Assembly (NCBI GenBank): GCA_012295275.1
Contig: CM022679.1
Location: 20,770,001-20,834,000, forward strand
Direction of reading: 5' to 3'
DNA: 64,000 nucleotides
Source: Chrysomallon squamiferum
Lineage: Eukaryota; Animalia; Mollusca
The notes under the pieces were generated by a model that was not told the origin of the DNA, ran no database searches, and was given only the letters and a program-made list of their open reading frames with translations. Numbering within the stretch: the stretch's first letter is position 1; the number at the start of each line of letters is the position of its first letter. Below are positions 24,990 through 38,537 of this stretch, one piece after another. Both the position numbers and the translations under genes were made by a program.

Positions 24990-25732
24990 GTTATTATTTC
25001 AAAACAGCAGGTGGACGTGCACGAGGCGATATGCACCATCACCCTGGCCGAGCTTCAGCAGAAGAAGAACATGATCAATTCTCAGGGCACACAGCTGCGT
25101 CTTATGAAGCACGTGCAGGAAAAGATGGAATGTGAAAACAGCGAACTGAAGGATAAAATCAAAGTGCTCAACGAAGAAATTAAATGTCTGAAAAGTTTTA
25201 CAAAACCTCAGGTAAAGCCTAAGATTCTACGTAAGATGTTGTTTTTATATATATATATATATATATACACTATGATGAGAATGGTTAGTTTCGCATCTTC
25301 TTCAATGTCATTCGGTTCTCTGAGGTATATATTATTTTTTTTTTTTTAAATATTGTATCCATTGATAAATGATTTTAAATATATAATGAAACTTTAATTC
25401 ACTGAAATTATTTGATATATTCGACATTAGTGAATTAAAACCAGTATTTTCAAGATAGTATACAAATTACTCGTTCACGACAACAATAATCTTCATAATT
25501 AATAGTAAGTAGTAGTAGCATTAGTAATATTTTTAGTAGTAAATAATAGTAGCAGGAGTAATATTAGTAAGTAGTAAATAGTGGTAGTAACAGCAATACA
25601 GTAATAATAATAAATAACACAAGCAGTTAATAAATAAATAACAAATAAATAATAACAGAATGATAAATAACAATAAACAAAATCAATAATAGTCAGTAAA
25701 TAGAGAAATGAAATAAATTTGTAAATAAGAAA

Positions 25733-25771
<39 letters not shown>

Positions 25772-27361
25772 ATACACTATATATAAATACACTGAAAAGT
25801 AAATAAGTATGTAAGTAATTAAATATATTAAAATATGTGAGGTTCACAATACTTTGCAGATTTCCGACAGGAAGGGAGATGTAAATAATGATTTAGACAG
25901 AATGCAGATGGAAAAGCGATGTCTTGAACTGCAGCTGGACCAGGCTCAGTCGGCGCTGTCTGCGGAAACTACGGCTAGGAAAACGGCTGAAGAAAAAATC
26001 AGGAATCTTTACAAAGAAGTCGATGAAATGAGGAAGGAAAAAGTATTTAGTTATTGGAGATTTTATCACCATTTTTGTTTTTGTTTTTTGAAGTTCAACA
26101 ACTTTGCAGCTTGTTGATAATCTGCATCACATAATTATGCGTTTTCCTGTCTAAAAGAGCCAGAGTTACTAATATAGTCCAGGAAAAAAGTTAAGACGTA
26201 CATAGAAAACTCCATTTTAGAAAAAGCTTGGAATGTATGCTTCCCTTGCAGTGAATTCAGTGGTTACATTATTTCTATAGAACACCATTCTGAAGATAGT
26301 CATAAATGATATAACATTGCGTTTACATGTTACCCATTATGTTGTGCTATTTTTAGAAGGTCCTTAACTGTTTTCCAGATGTATTAATTTTAAAAATATA
26401 ATCTTTGTGTTACGAATTTATTAAAATGTGTTTAGTTTTATTTGAAAATGATTTTTGTTTTAAAATATATGATTAAAATATAAAATTGTGTTCTAATCAT
26501 ATGCAAAAAACTAAAATTTGTATTGCAAGTTCGCCTTTAATTTTTTTTTCTCATACGCACACACACACACATACATACAAAACGACGCGCGCTGATATGC
26601 TTTAATAGTATTTTGAAAATGTAAACATTCTAAGTTTTTTGTTTACAGTTAAAATGTGAAGAGCGTATTCTAGAAATGGAGTCGAGGCAAAGAGACTCGT
26701 TATCTTACGTGGACAAACCGTACACCTCGGAGGTGAAAATAACATTAAACAACTTCAAATTAAAGTGTCCGAAAAATATAATCTCAAAACATTCTGCATA
26801 CTTCCAGGCTATGTTGTTTACTTACTTACTTACTTACTTCTTTAAAAGGTCATTGACTCTCGCTTCTAACCGTTTACTTACTTACATTCATATTTACTTA
26901 TTTATTTATTTTTGTCATCCAGTCGTAATTAATAATTAAATGTATAAACAAAAGTATAGAGTCAAAAATATCAGGCCATCTTAATTTGTCTGTTGTTACG
27001 ATTTTAAATCATAAAGTCAGACTAATTTTGTCTTAAATTTTGTATTTTTTTTTTTTTATTGCTATAATTTGATATTGATGATGAATGCCACGCAAAAATA
27101 TTTTAAAAATTAAAAGTTAAATATTGACTTGGTATATAAAGAATTTTATTAGACCATTTATTAATACTGCTACAAGTACAATTTAAACGTGTCCAGTCCA
27201 TCTTAAGTTAGTTAATATTTTTGTATGAACTTTATTTATTATTGAAAGTAGTCAAAAATTTAGCCTGCTGAATTTCAAATAAATTACACTTATGGAGGAA
27301 TGTTCATTCTGAAATATTAATAAACATAATACAAATGTATCTGAGCAACAGACCAATAATT

Positions 27362-27456
<95 letters not shown>

Positions 27457-29277
27457 GTTTCTCCTCAAACCCTAAATGCTATTTGTAGTTATTTACTTCC
27501 TGAACTATTTGTATTATGTTTTTAAAGCCTCTACCTATGTATGAGTATTCGCCAGAATCGAGTTTCCCTGGCCACAATGAAATGCTGCAGAATGAGAACA
27601 GGTGTTTGGAAATGTCAATTGAACAAATGAAATCTACAATAGTGGCTGAATCGCAGGCTCGCAGGATGGCGGAAGACAAAATTAAAGGTCTTTATGGAGA
27701 AATTGATGAACTCAGGAGAGAAAAGGTATTTCTAGTTTTTAGTAACTGTAAATACTTACACATAACTGATTTACTAGTTTACATTTTTAGTCAGTGCAAA
27801 TACGTTATTGATGCTACCATGGGACTGTTTATTTGTCAGTGTGCTGCCAGCTTTTGCTAATAAATAAGTGTAATAATTACAAAGAAAATATATTCCCTTT
27901 TCACAGAAAGGTAAAATACAATAAAAAATACTTTTAAAAACACTGAAAGACATCATGTTTTATTTTAACATGGTATTATCAGCGTTTTATTTATTCTTTA
28001 CATTTCTGATATATACAACCTCATGTGTTTGAAATATTTGTACAGTTAAACAAACTGATTTAAATTAAAGGTATAATGGTAAAGGCTGAATAGACTGTAA
28101 ATGTTTAAAGAAATATGTTCTTAGTTAATGGCATAGTAATAAACACTGAATATGTTATAAACATTACACTAAATCAAGTACGAAATTGTGTATGCTTTCT
28201 CATTATACTGGTCTATGTCTGCATTATCCAAAAATTGTTTTAGCTTAAGCTTGATGATCAAATCTTGGAGATGCAGACAAGACTGAGAATGGTCAGTGGA
28301 CAACTGAACATAGCTATTGACCTCATGCCATTAGATGAGATCCAGAAATTGCCATGTATGAGCATCTGCAAGAAAAGAAACAGTCTTAAATCAAATCAGG
28401 TTTGTATTAGGAGAGCATAGTTTCATACAGCAAAACCTACGTAGTTCAATCTCTTATTGTAGTCTGACAGGCAGTTACAGAATGATCCAGTTCAGTCTCC
28501 TGTTACAGTTAGACTGACATATAGAGAATGATCCAGTTTAGATTCGTGTTACAGCTAAACTGACATACAGAGAATGATCCAGTTTAGATTCTTGTTACAG
28601 CTAAACTGACATATAGAGAATGGTCCAGTTTAGATTCTTGTTACAGCTAAACTGACATATAGAGAATGTACCATTACAGACTCTAGTTACATATTGACTG
28701 ACATGTAGAGAATGATTCAGGCTTTAGACTAATGTTTTAGATTTGTGACAGCTGATGTATTTCTGTATTAAAAACGTTCTTGACCCAACTGCAGCACTAG
28801 CCTCATTTCCAATTTACAGTCTCAACATCCTTTCATCTACTTCACATAATCTGATGGATACATATTTGCTTTTGGCTTTAGCACCCTGAATAATATTTTG
28901 TATTAAAAGAACATAGATTGACTAAAAAAAAATCTTGTTTTAATGTGTGAACATTATTATTATTATTATTAATATTTTATCATACTACTGTTTAATTTTC
29001 AGGGGGATTTATTACCAAAAGCTGGAACATCAACCAAAAATGAAGTCTATTTTGAAGACACAAAAAGACACCAAGGTTATTAGCTTTTCAAATTAGTGTT
29101 CCATTGATTCTGAATAACCTTGGGTATTTCAAGTTTTTTAGGCAGAATGTGTATTGCTTGTAGATAGAAACCATATGAACTGGCTAAATTAAAAATATTA
29201 GTATTATAAAATTACCACTAGTAATTGCAGTGACTAAAAAAAAAAAAGAATGAAAAAAAAAAAAAAAGAAAAGGAAA

Positions 29278-29316
<39 letters not shown>

Positions 29317-31730
29317 AAATAGTAGTAATAATAATAAAAATATCTAAATAAGTAAATATAAAATAAATAAATAAAAAAATAAACAAAATAAGTAAATAAA
29401 TATATTAATAAATATTTCATCTATTTTCTATGCAAATCTGAGGTGTATACATTTATCATGGATATATAAATAATAATAATGAAAATGAATAATAAAGAAA
29501 TGAATAAATATATAACTACCTAACTAACTAACTAACTAACTAAATAAATAATAATAATAATAATAAAAATAATAAAATACTAATCTTTATTTAAAGATGT
29601 GTTATGTTGTTGCTGAACAATCATCCATTCTCTTTCATTCTTCCAGAAGGAAAATCAAAGTCAGCAAAAAATGGTGATGAAAAAATTGAGAAACTACAAG
29701 AGGAGAACATGCTACTTGAAAGATGTCTTCAGGAGACAAAATCAGTTCTTGCTGGGGAAACCATGGCACACAAACTAGCTGAAGAAAAAATAAAATCTCT
29801 GTCTGCTGAAATTGATGAACTGAAGAGAGAAAAAGTAAATTTAAAAACAAATTCAACGAAAATAATTAATTAGGTATACCTTTGGTGATAAAAAGAAGTA
29901 GTGTAAATATATTGGGATTTTTTAAAATTTTATTATAATTGTTTTTTTTTTTAAATTTTCAATGTAAATTAATAACAAATTTTAACATAAAAGAGTCCAG
30001 TTTTAAAAAAAAAATCTCAGCACATACATTATTTATTTTAAATTCTTTTTTTTGTACACTTTAAAATATTGCTATTTAATGGTAAAAAAAATATCTAGTG
30101 GACAAATTTTTGGTCATGGACAAATTATCTTGAGTGCATCGATAGACAAACTTCAGGTGGGCAAATCTTCTGTGGATGAATCAATATATGGAAATTTTAT
30201 TTTGTTTTATTTTATTTATTTATTTGTACTTTTCATATAATCTGGAAATGATTCATTTTGACAGCTGGTTAAGAAGGAAGGTCCTGATGATTTAGAAAAA
30301 CTACAAGAACAGAAGAGAGCTCTGGAAATTTCTCTGGAACAAACCAAGTGTCGACTGTCTGTTGAAGTTGCAGCTCGCAAGGAAGTAGAAGGAAAAATAA
30401 AATGTGTCCTGGGTGAGGTGGAGGAGCTCAGACAGAACAGGGTATTAAGTTTTGTATCTACTCCAGTGTCATCAGTTTTAGCCGTTCTCATAGTGATACT
30501 CCAGCTTGGTAATAAACCAAAGGGAATTTCCAAGGAGGCAATATAAATAATTAACTATATTTCCCTCTAATGACACTGGTAAATTAATATTCTTTATAGT
30601 TTAATGGACTGTCTGGAAATGAATAAAGGTTGCTAGTGATGATATGGAACAAAAACAATAGCAAACTGAAAAGGTTTGGAAACAAGTGATATAAATAAAG
30701 AATCGGAAATATTTTTAAACTGTTAAGGAAAATGATGAATCTTTTTACAGCTAAACGGAATGATCCAGTTTAGATTCTTGTTACAGCTAAACTGACATAT
30801 ATTTACTATTTACTATTTTCCTATTTACTATTTCAAAAAGAATACTATGTAATTTCCTGTCTTTGGTAGGTACAAATAAGAAAAAGTCTTGCAGTTAACT
30901 GGTTAAAAAAATTAAAAAAAAGGCTCAGTGTTCAGCCATTGGGTTAAGTCTGCAAAATAATCAAATAATAATAATAACACATGTACCAGTTATAAATATG
31001 CATGTTACCAATATCCACATAAGGTCGACTTGAAACCTTTTTTTGTTTTCTTTGCTTGTTGTTGTTTTTATTTGTTAAGATTTTTTTTTGTTTTTTCACC
31101 ACTTACATTTTTAAAATATTATTTGGGGTCAAGTATTTCTCAGAGGACAGAGGAAACTCACTTCATGAGCAAAGGACTTTTTCTTATATGCACCATTTCA
31201 CAGACTGGATAGTACATACCGCAGTGTTTGTTACTCCAGGTGTGGAGCACTGACTTGAACAAGAAATAGCTCAGTGGGTCCATCAACACACTACATATTA
31301 TAATAAATATACGTGTTTAAAATGAAAATCAGCACAATAAATTTAATATTCTGATAATTATTGTATTCTATTACCAGGTGAAAAGTGATGATTTGATACT
31401 GGAATTGCAGACACAGCTGAAGAGATCTGGGAATGAGTTGGTTCAGCAACCACAAACCTCTGTAGCAGAGACTGGTTTCAAGTCACAGCACCATGGTGAG
31501 GTTTCCTTGCCTCAGCGACACACAGACACGATTCTGAAATCCAAACAAGAGAGGATTAACATGCTGCAGGTATTATTTGTCAGTCTGCTCTGAAATAAGA
31601 GAGAATTTCTTAGCCGTTGTCAACATATTTAGTGTTTATTTATGGTGCTGTTTACAAACAGTTAAATACACTAGTTGTAATGTTTTCAGTTTTCTCCTTT
31701 TACATCATTGTTGGGTTTTTTTTTTAAATG

Positions 31731-31764
<34 letters not shown>

Positions 31765-33414
31765 TAATAATAATAGGATTGATATGTAATAACTTTTCAT
31801 GCAAAATATGAAAAAGCTTGTTGTTTCTTTCTTTCTTTCTTTCTTTTTTATTATTTAATTTTGTTTTACTTATTTGTTTACTTACAGTTTTATATAAATA
31901 TATATATATATATGCTTATTTATTTTATTTATTTTTATTTCAATTTATTTTTAATTAATTTCTTTATTCTTATTCTATATTTCATTTCTAATTATTTATT
32001 GTTCATTATATTTTTTTATTCTTATTCTATATTTCATTTCTAATTATTTATTGTTCATTATATTTTTTTATTTGATATTTATTTATTTATTTATTTTATT
32101 TATTTTTTTATCATTGTTAAACATTTTTAAATAATTTACTTTCAGACTGAAATATGTAAATTACAACAAGCCCTCTCCACTAGAAAGGATCTGGCTGACA
32201 TAAAGTTTGAGAAGAAAAGTTTGGAACTTGAACAAAAACTGTAATGTAGTCCCTTTCTTATAATTAATGTGTAATTTTGTTAAATTTAACAACATTTATG
32301 ATGGAAAAGACTACCAGATGAAACTGACATTTTTTGAAATTTTAATTAAACTGTATATGTTTTAGTTGGGTTTTTTTCAAATTTTCTTTATACCTTTTAC
32401 AAATTATAATACTGTTTTAAAACACATATTTGTAACAATTCACTTTGTAGCCTGAATTAAAAGAACATAAAATTACTCTTTACACAAAGAAATACTGAAA
32501 TTTTAAATTCAGCCATGTTTATTATCAGTGATAAGGATCAGCAGAAAATAGAACATATAAAGATGGAACTGGCTTTGAGGAACAAAGAAAATGCCAAGGT
32601 TTTTATTTTGTTTTTTTTGTCATTTTGTTTTTCTTCTCACATTTTGCCATTTATTTTCCTATAATTTAATTCTAGCCATAAAGCAAAGTATTTCCTGTTT
32701 TACTTTGGTTTATCAATTTAATTATTCCATCAGTGGATATTCTGTGTTAGTGTTTCTCTGTGTGTTTTGTTTCATTTTTTTTTTTTTATCAGAGGCTGGA
32801 ATTCTAAGTTAAATAGAATTATTTCAACATTAAACTGAATTTCGGGACTGGATCCAAAATTTTTAGAAAGGGAGAACTACATTGTTGTGGATATATGTTT
32901 TAAGAAGAAACACTTTTACTAAGAAAAAAAGGAAGAAAAAAACATTTCAACGATAAAATAAATGAATAAAAATAACAATAGGGGAGAATAGAGAAAACCA
33001 AGAACAACTCATGTGAACACCCCCCCCCAGCAGCACTGTTTACACATTAAAATTAATTAATTTTATCTTGGTTAATTAGATTACTTTTCACTGATATTGA
33101 ATATTGAAATTTCAGCTGAAAGAAGAATTGGATAAGCTGAAACAACTTCAAGTGCCAGGTAGATCAAAAGAGCCCCATCAAACTTCACCAAGTTCTTCTG
33201 GTGAAATCAATTGTAAACCTAACAAAAGGTACACAGCCTATTTAAATATAAAGTCTTAATACATTTTGTAGCTTTTCAAATGAGTATTTGTTTACTGTGG
33301 CCCTTTTTGACTGGTAAAAAATTACAAAAACAAAGTAACACAGTAACAAACTCCAGACACTGGTAATACTCTTTTCATTGTAATTTTCAAACCTTTGCAA
33401 TGATATATTTAAAA

Positions 33415-33465
<51 letters not shown>

Positions 33466-35432
33466 CACATCTCATCAAATAGTTCTAAAGAAGTTCATTT
33501 AACCTGTCTTGCTATTTATTTTATAGTAAAAGTTTGAATGATTTGCCTTATTCTTATTTAACAGTCTTAGTAACCATTCTGTCTCAGTCAGAGATGTGGA
33601 TAAAACAGTGACAGAAAAAATAAAAATAAACATCGTCTTCTTTTGACATCTTTACCATAGATTCTGTGTTAATTTCAGGCCGGAGACATACAAACAGATC
33701 ATTGAACTGAGGTCAGAGGTCATGACAGAAAGGGCCATGCACAATGTCACCAAAAATGCACTAAATGATGTCGAAGACGAAATGTCTAACCTTCGAGCAA
33801 AGATGAAAATTTTGCGACCACCTATCACTGGAAGCAGCAAACTGTTAACTACTACACCTTTACAGAGATCCAGGTGAGTAACCATCACCTTGGCTTTTCA
33901 TCTAAATATATTTTAACACTAATAGAAGAAGGGAAGAAGAAATACTGTTGAACAATACACATGAATGTTTTTTTTTATAAAAATATAGATAGATGGATAG
34001 ACAGACAGATAGAGAGACAGACAGATAGATAGATAGATAGATAGATAGACAGATATGCAGATATGATGTGTAGATAAATGTCTGTATCTTCAGACAAAAA
34101 AATACGACTTTAAGTATAACATATATCACCTTCGCAGGAAAAAGATGATTTCTTAAGATCGTAATCAGTATTCCCCATGTGTGTATGTGTGTGTGTGTCA
34201 GTGTATATGGGTGCGTGTGCACCTATGTGTGCATGTGTATGTGTGTGCATGTAAAATATGGTTAAGAATAACACAGATAACAAATAAGATTCTAACTGCT
34301 GTGTGCAGGGCAAATATTTTCAGTTAGAACCAAGAACTGTTTTATAAGCTTCTTCCCAGAGATGGGAAATGCATGTATTTAGCATCACTTTTGCAAAATG
34401 CTTCATATTGCACTGGATACAAAGGTCAAAAGGCTGGTTGAGGATGGCTGATCATTCAATAAATTATGTTTTATGTCATTGATGAATCTCAGTAGCCAAT
34501 TTTTAACATAATGATAATTGATTTTTTTGTTTGAAATAAAAATTGAGAGTAAATTTATGTACATACATAAATTATAAGTAAGGGGTCTTCTGAATACTCA
34601 TTCATACATATTAATGAGAAGAAACATCTTTAGGAAGACCAATACTGATTTCGAGTAAATATCGGATTACTTCAGAAAAATTATTTTACAACTATATTGA
34701 AAGAAAATGATATATTTGTCTTTTTTTCTGTTTGCAACATTATGTTACAAGTAGATATTAATACGTAGATATATACAAACATAAGTAGATCCTGCTTACA
34801 TAGATTCATTCTGTTGATGCTGTGGCATATTGTTATGTCTTTGACACATTTCTGTAAGGTAGTGCCACTTTAAACTAGTGTGAGAACCAAACATAAGTTA
34901 ACAAAGGCCTCTGAAACAGAAAATAACACCTAAATATTAAAACATAAATTATTTACTTCCATAGTAAAACATAGAGATACATTTGGTTGTTATTGTTGTT
35001 TCTGTGTGTATTTTCCAGTGTTAATGAGATATGTTGTTTGTGATGCTGTTTTTTCAGTATTGATGAATGCAGTTTTGTTGTTCTTGTTGTTCCTGTGTAT
35101 TGTTGATGCTATTATTATAATTTTTTTTTTTTTTTTCAGTTCTAATGACAAACTTGTCTTTTTTCAGTAATCCCAAATTACGAACTGAAAAGATCAATGA
35201 ACTGATTGCGATCTCACAAGCGCGAGCCAAACAATTTCTGCCTTATGATCTCACTAACAAAACGTTTAACAACAACAGTCATGTTAACCAAAAGTTCATT
35301 ACCAGCTTAAAGCTAGAAGGGTTAGCAAAAAATGACATTTCACAGATTGATGACTGCTCACTTCGTCACAGTGGCCCCATATATTTAGCCACACGGAAAA
35401 CGAGATCGGAATACTTTTGGCAATTTTCTTAG
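22816..35432 (+). CDS. Large uncharacterised coiled-coil protein with acidic low-complexity N-terminus, 15 exons, ~1158 aa
   Basis: Exons 22816-24102, 25011-25211, 25860-26042, 26649-26732, 27528-27725, 28244-28399, 29003-29075, 29647-29834, 30265-30441, 31378-31569, 32146-32240, 32529-32598, 33116-33228, 33679-33873, 35168-35432. All are GT-AG and phase-consistent (3477 nt), with heptad-rich E/K/Q/L sequence. Some acceptors are ambiguous (25008 vs 25011, 27528, 35168). Confidence 0.75.
28440..28750. repeat. 46-bp intronic minisatellite (~6 copies) with an internal hairpin
   Basis: AGAATG recurs at 28479, 28525, 28571, 28617, 28663 and 28709. The unit contains CAGTTTAG-N13-CTAAACTG. A further ~1.3 units lie at 30746-30800. 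Confidence 0.9.
31125..31290 (-). mobile_element. Nin-domain-type SINE fragment
   Basis: TTATATGCACCATTTCACAGACTGGATAGTACATACC...GTGGAGCACTG..TTGAACAAGAAATAGCTCAGTGGGTCCA resembles the reverse complement of the molluscan Nin-SINE core (recognised from memory, not searched). Confidence 0.65.
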
Positions 35433-35699
35433 TAACAACATTCCCTAAAGATTATATGAAGAAGAAGGAATATATTTAAAAGTACAAATTTAATGTTATT
35501 TTTGGTCGTAAACAATAATAATAATAATAACTATTGTTATCTAAGTTATAAAAATTACTATTGTTTTTACATTTGATTATTAAAATGAATTTTAATTGAA
35601 AATTACTTTCTTGTATTATATATGTGTTTGTGTTTGTTTTTGATGCAGTTTAGTTTACAAGTGTTTGAATGCCCAACCAACAACTAAAAGCCAAGTCAT

Positions 35700-35890
35700 G
35701 CAAGATTTAGCTCAGAGGTAAAATGTCTGCTATGGTATATCAGATCTCTAACTTTTAATGAACCCACCAAGCTTTTTCTTGTTCAAACCAATCCTGTACA
35801 ACTGGGTGTGTTATGTACTATTGGCCTGACTGTGGGTTGGTTCATACAAAATCTTTGTTAATTAGAAAGTAGATTTCTGTTCTCCTCCTC
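35700..35890 (+). mobile_element. Old degenerate SINE of the same family; paralogous copies at ~48760-48930 and ~59240-59420
   Basis: A-box-like TAGCTCAGAGGTAAA followed by TTTCTTGTTCAAACCAAT.CTGTACAACTGG...CTGTGGGTTGGTTCATA. It sits at the equivalent position in all three duplicated spacers. Confidence 0.5.
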
Positions 35891-36169
35891 CTTTGTACAT
35901 TTCGTAATGTTTGGTCAACTCCAGGTAATTACTGACTTTAGTTTACATTGGCAAAACAAATGATTTACTTTATTTATTAAGTTAATAGACATGTGAAAAG
36001 TTATGCCATAGCTCCCTAATGTACGAACACTGTAAAAACTCAAATGGCTCTAGTTAACTTGCTGTTGTGTGGAGTTTCTGGAATTATATAGCTCTGTTTT
36101 GATGGGTTTTGTACCTGTGTACAAACACATCTATACCTCAACAAAAAAACACACACACAAAGTAGAAGT

Positions 36170-36860
36170 GCTGGATATAAGTCTGCCCTTGATAAAGTGG
36201 ATCCTCTTAGATATTAGTCTGTATGTTAAAAATGTTCTTCACCTTTTAATATCATGGAAATATAATTGGCCATACTCCCCACTCCCAAAGTGGACGACTC
36301 CAGGATAGCACAGCAATGTGTAAACTTTTACAAATGGATAATTCACTGGATGATTCTTTTTATATTCTGCTTTTTAATACATAAATGCATTCAAATATTA
36401 TTACTAATTATGCAACTAAAATTTACAGTGAATTACTATTTCAATAAAACATTTATCAAAGATACTCTTTATTTAAAAATATATAAATAACTATTTATTA
36501 TTAAAATGACAAACAAAAATACAAATACCGTAATTTGCAAAAGATGCAAATACAAGAGCTAAAGAAAAAATCTTTAGTGTGGCAAAGATGTTACAGTGTG
36601 ATGGATTATTTGCATTCCTTAGTAAAACAACTGTTAACATGTTAATCCAAATTGTGAAACATATTATACATGAAAGAATTAGTCATAAAGTTTCAGATTG
36701 ATTCAACACAAGGTAATTCATCCATCGGTCACTTGAGCATTACAAAAATTGTTATCTGTGACTGACTGTATTAAGCTGTGCCAGGTAATGTTGGTAAGGA
36801 TATGGAATCTTTGATCTATTGACTGAAAAACTGAAGTATCATAAAACTGACTCACTAAAA
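36170..36860 (-). pseudogene. Possible Toll-like receptor relic (LRR-CT/TM/TIR-like); copies at ~49170-49950 and ~59570-60600
   Basis: Hand translation across stops and frameshifts, combining the three copies: DNNF.C..CSSDRWMNYL, a hydrophobic ITVFVFLFVILIINSYLY segment, FDKMFSY (TIR box1-like), IAVLSW..SSEWG/SELYFHAF. Confidence 0.3.
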
Positions 36861-36864
36861 TGTT

Positions 36865-36902
<38 letters not shown>

Positions 36903-37870
36903 TAAACTAATTAGTGTTAGCTAATGTGCTAGCAAGATAAGATCACAGTTGAACTCTGGCCAATGATAGGACAATTTCTTAGATAACTGTTATAACAGAC
37001 AAAAGTAATGTTCATAGCATGACTTTGGAATTTATAAATATATCTAAAGACTAGATTTCACCGATGAATAGGAATGAACTTAAAAATGGGAAATTAGTAT
37101 TAAGTAATATTAGATTTGTTTTTCTTTTGGTTCAAGTATTAACGCAATTGCTTACTGATAATGAGAATATGAGTTTAGCATTATAATATATTTGTGTATT
37201 TATAAAATCATTTTGTATGTGGGATATTCACAGAAATCTCTTTAATTACTATATTCATACATTTACATTACTTTGATATATGTTCTTTGACTTCTATTTG
37301 ATTCGATGTTTATTTTTATTCTCCTTCATATATAAATACATTTTAAAAATTATATATAGATATAATTTATTAATTATGATTTTAGCTACGGCTGAGTAAT
37401 TTCATACAGTTATCGTGGGTTTTTATTTTTTAAGGAAGATACAAATATCAAAGGACTTCGATCGAACTATTTCTTTTAATAAAGCCTGAAGCAATAGACT
37501 GAAATTAGAAGAATTTCCCTTACGTTTCAAATTACTAACATAAATTTTTTATTTTTATCATTTTACTGGTTTTTCCATTGACATTTTAATTTATTTATTT
37601 ATTACTATTATGATTTTATTATGTCGCTTCTAACAGGAAACGTGTTTTTGCCATCGCCGGAAGTTGAGAACGATTTGAACAGGGTTTAGGGGTAAACCAC
37701 ACATTAGATAAACCACACATTTGTAAAGGCGTATGCACAGAGATTACATTTACTAATAAAAGTTTTGTACTTTTTATTTTTTAATATTAGTAACAGTTGT
37801 TGATAACAGAAAATTACAAACTGAAGATTCCGAACATCACCTCATACGAAAACTGTGACAGATGATTTAA

Positions 37871-37899
37871 TTCTCAGAATTTGATCTACTTTCGATTTC
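37871..37899 (+). promoter_or_regulatory. GAS (TTCTCAGAA) + IRF-E/ISRE (ACTTTCGATTTC) composite upstream of PARP copy A
   Basis: Matches TTCN3GAA and TTTCN2TTTC, 76 bp before the ATG. ETS site CCGGAAGT at 37657, kB-like AGAATTTCCC at 37510 and tandem AACCACA at ~37695-37717. Confidence 0.6.
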
Positions 37900-37974
37900 A
37901 ATAAAGTGTTTCCGATATATGATTCGATATAAAATCATGGAAAACTAGAATTGGAATACTATTGAGATATCATA

Positions 37975-38449
37975 ATGTCGACGGAAAGCGAACAAATAGA
38001 AGAACCGACAATCTGTATTCCTCATCTGAGAGGCAAATGCAAATTTGGATCTTCCTGTCGTTCTGAGCACAAGGCAGGAATTTACCAGTGGCAATGGTTG
38101 GAAGATGATGATTCGGAATGGACTGATTTTAATCAAGCTGACAACATTAGAATAGAGAAAATCTTTAGTCAACCGGATAAATCTTGGTGCACTGTAAAAA
38201 TTGGGTATAATATTTAATTTAATTTTATACATATATACAGCACTTAAATGATTAACCAAAAAAGAAAAAATCCTTGTATGCATGAGGTTGTTTTTATTCA
38301 AACGTCATTAAAAATGATTTTTGGAAATTGTTCTTACAAGCTGTTAGTATTAATGAAAGCTTAGTATTTTTCATTTTTTAAAAGCAAATGAGAAACCGAA
38401 ACAATTATTATTGTTATTGTTATGTTACTTTATTTTATTTATTTATTTA

Positions 38450-38489
<40 letters not shown>

Positions 38490-38491
38490 GC

Positions 38492-38537
<46 letters not shown>

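Noticed and set aside
28440-28750. CRISPR-like appearance of the 46-bp and 51-bp arrays
   Set aside because: No unique spacers, no cas genes, and a eukaryotic intron/UTR context
31965-32080. Short AT-rich tandem duplications, also at ~17700-17890
   Set aside because: Ordinary slippage duplications in introns
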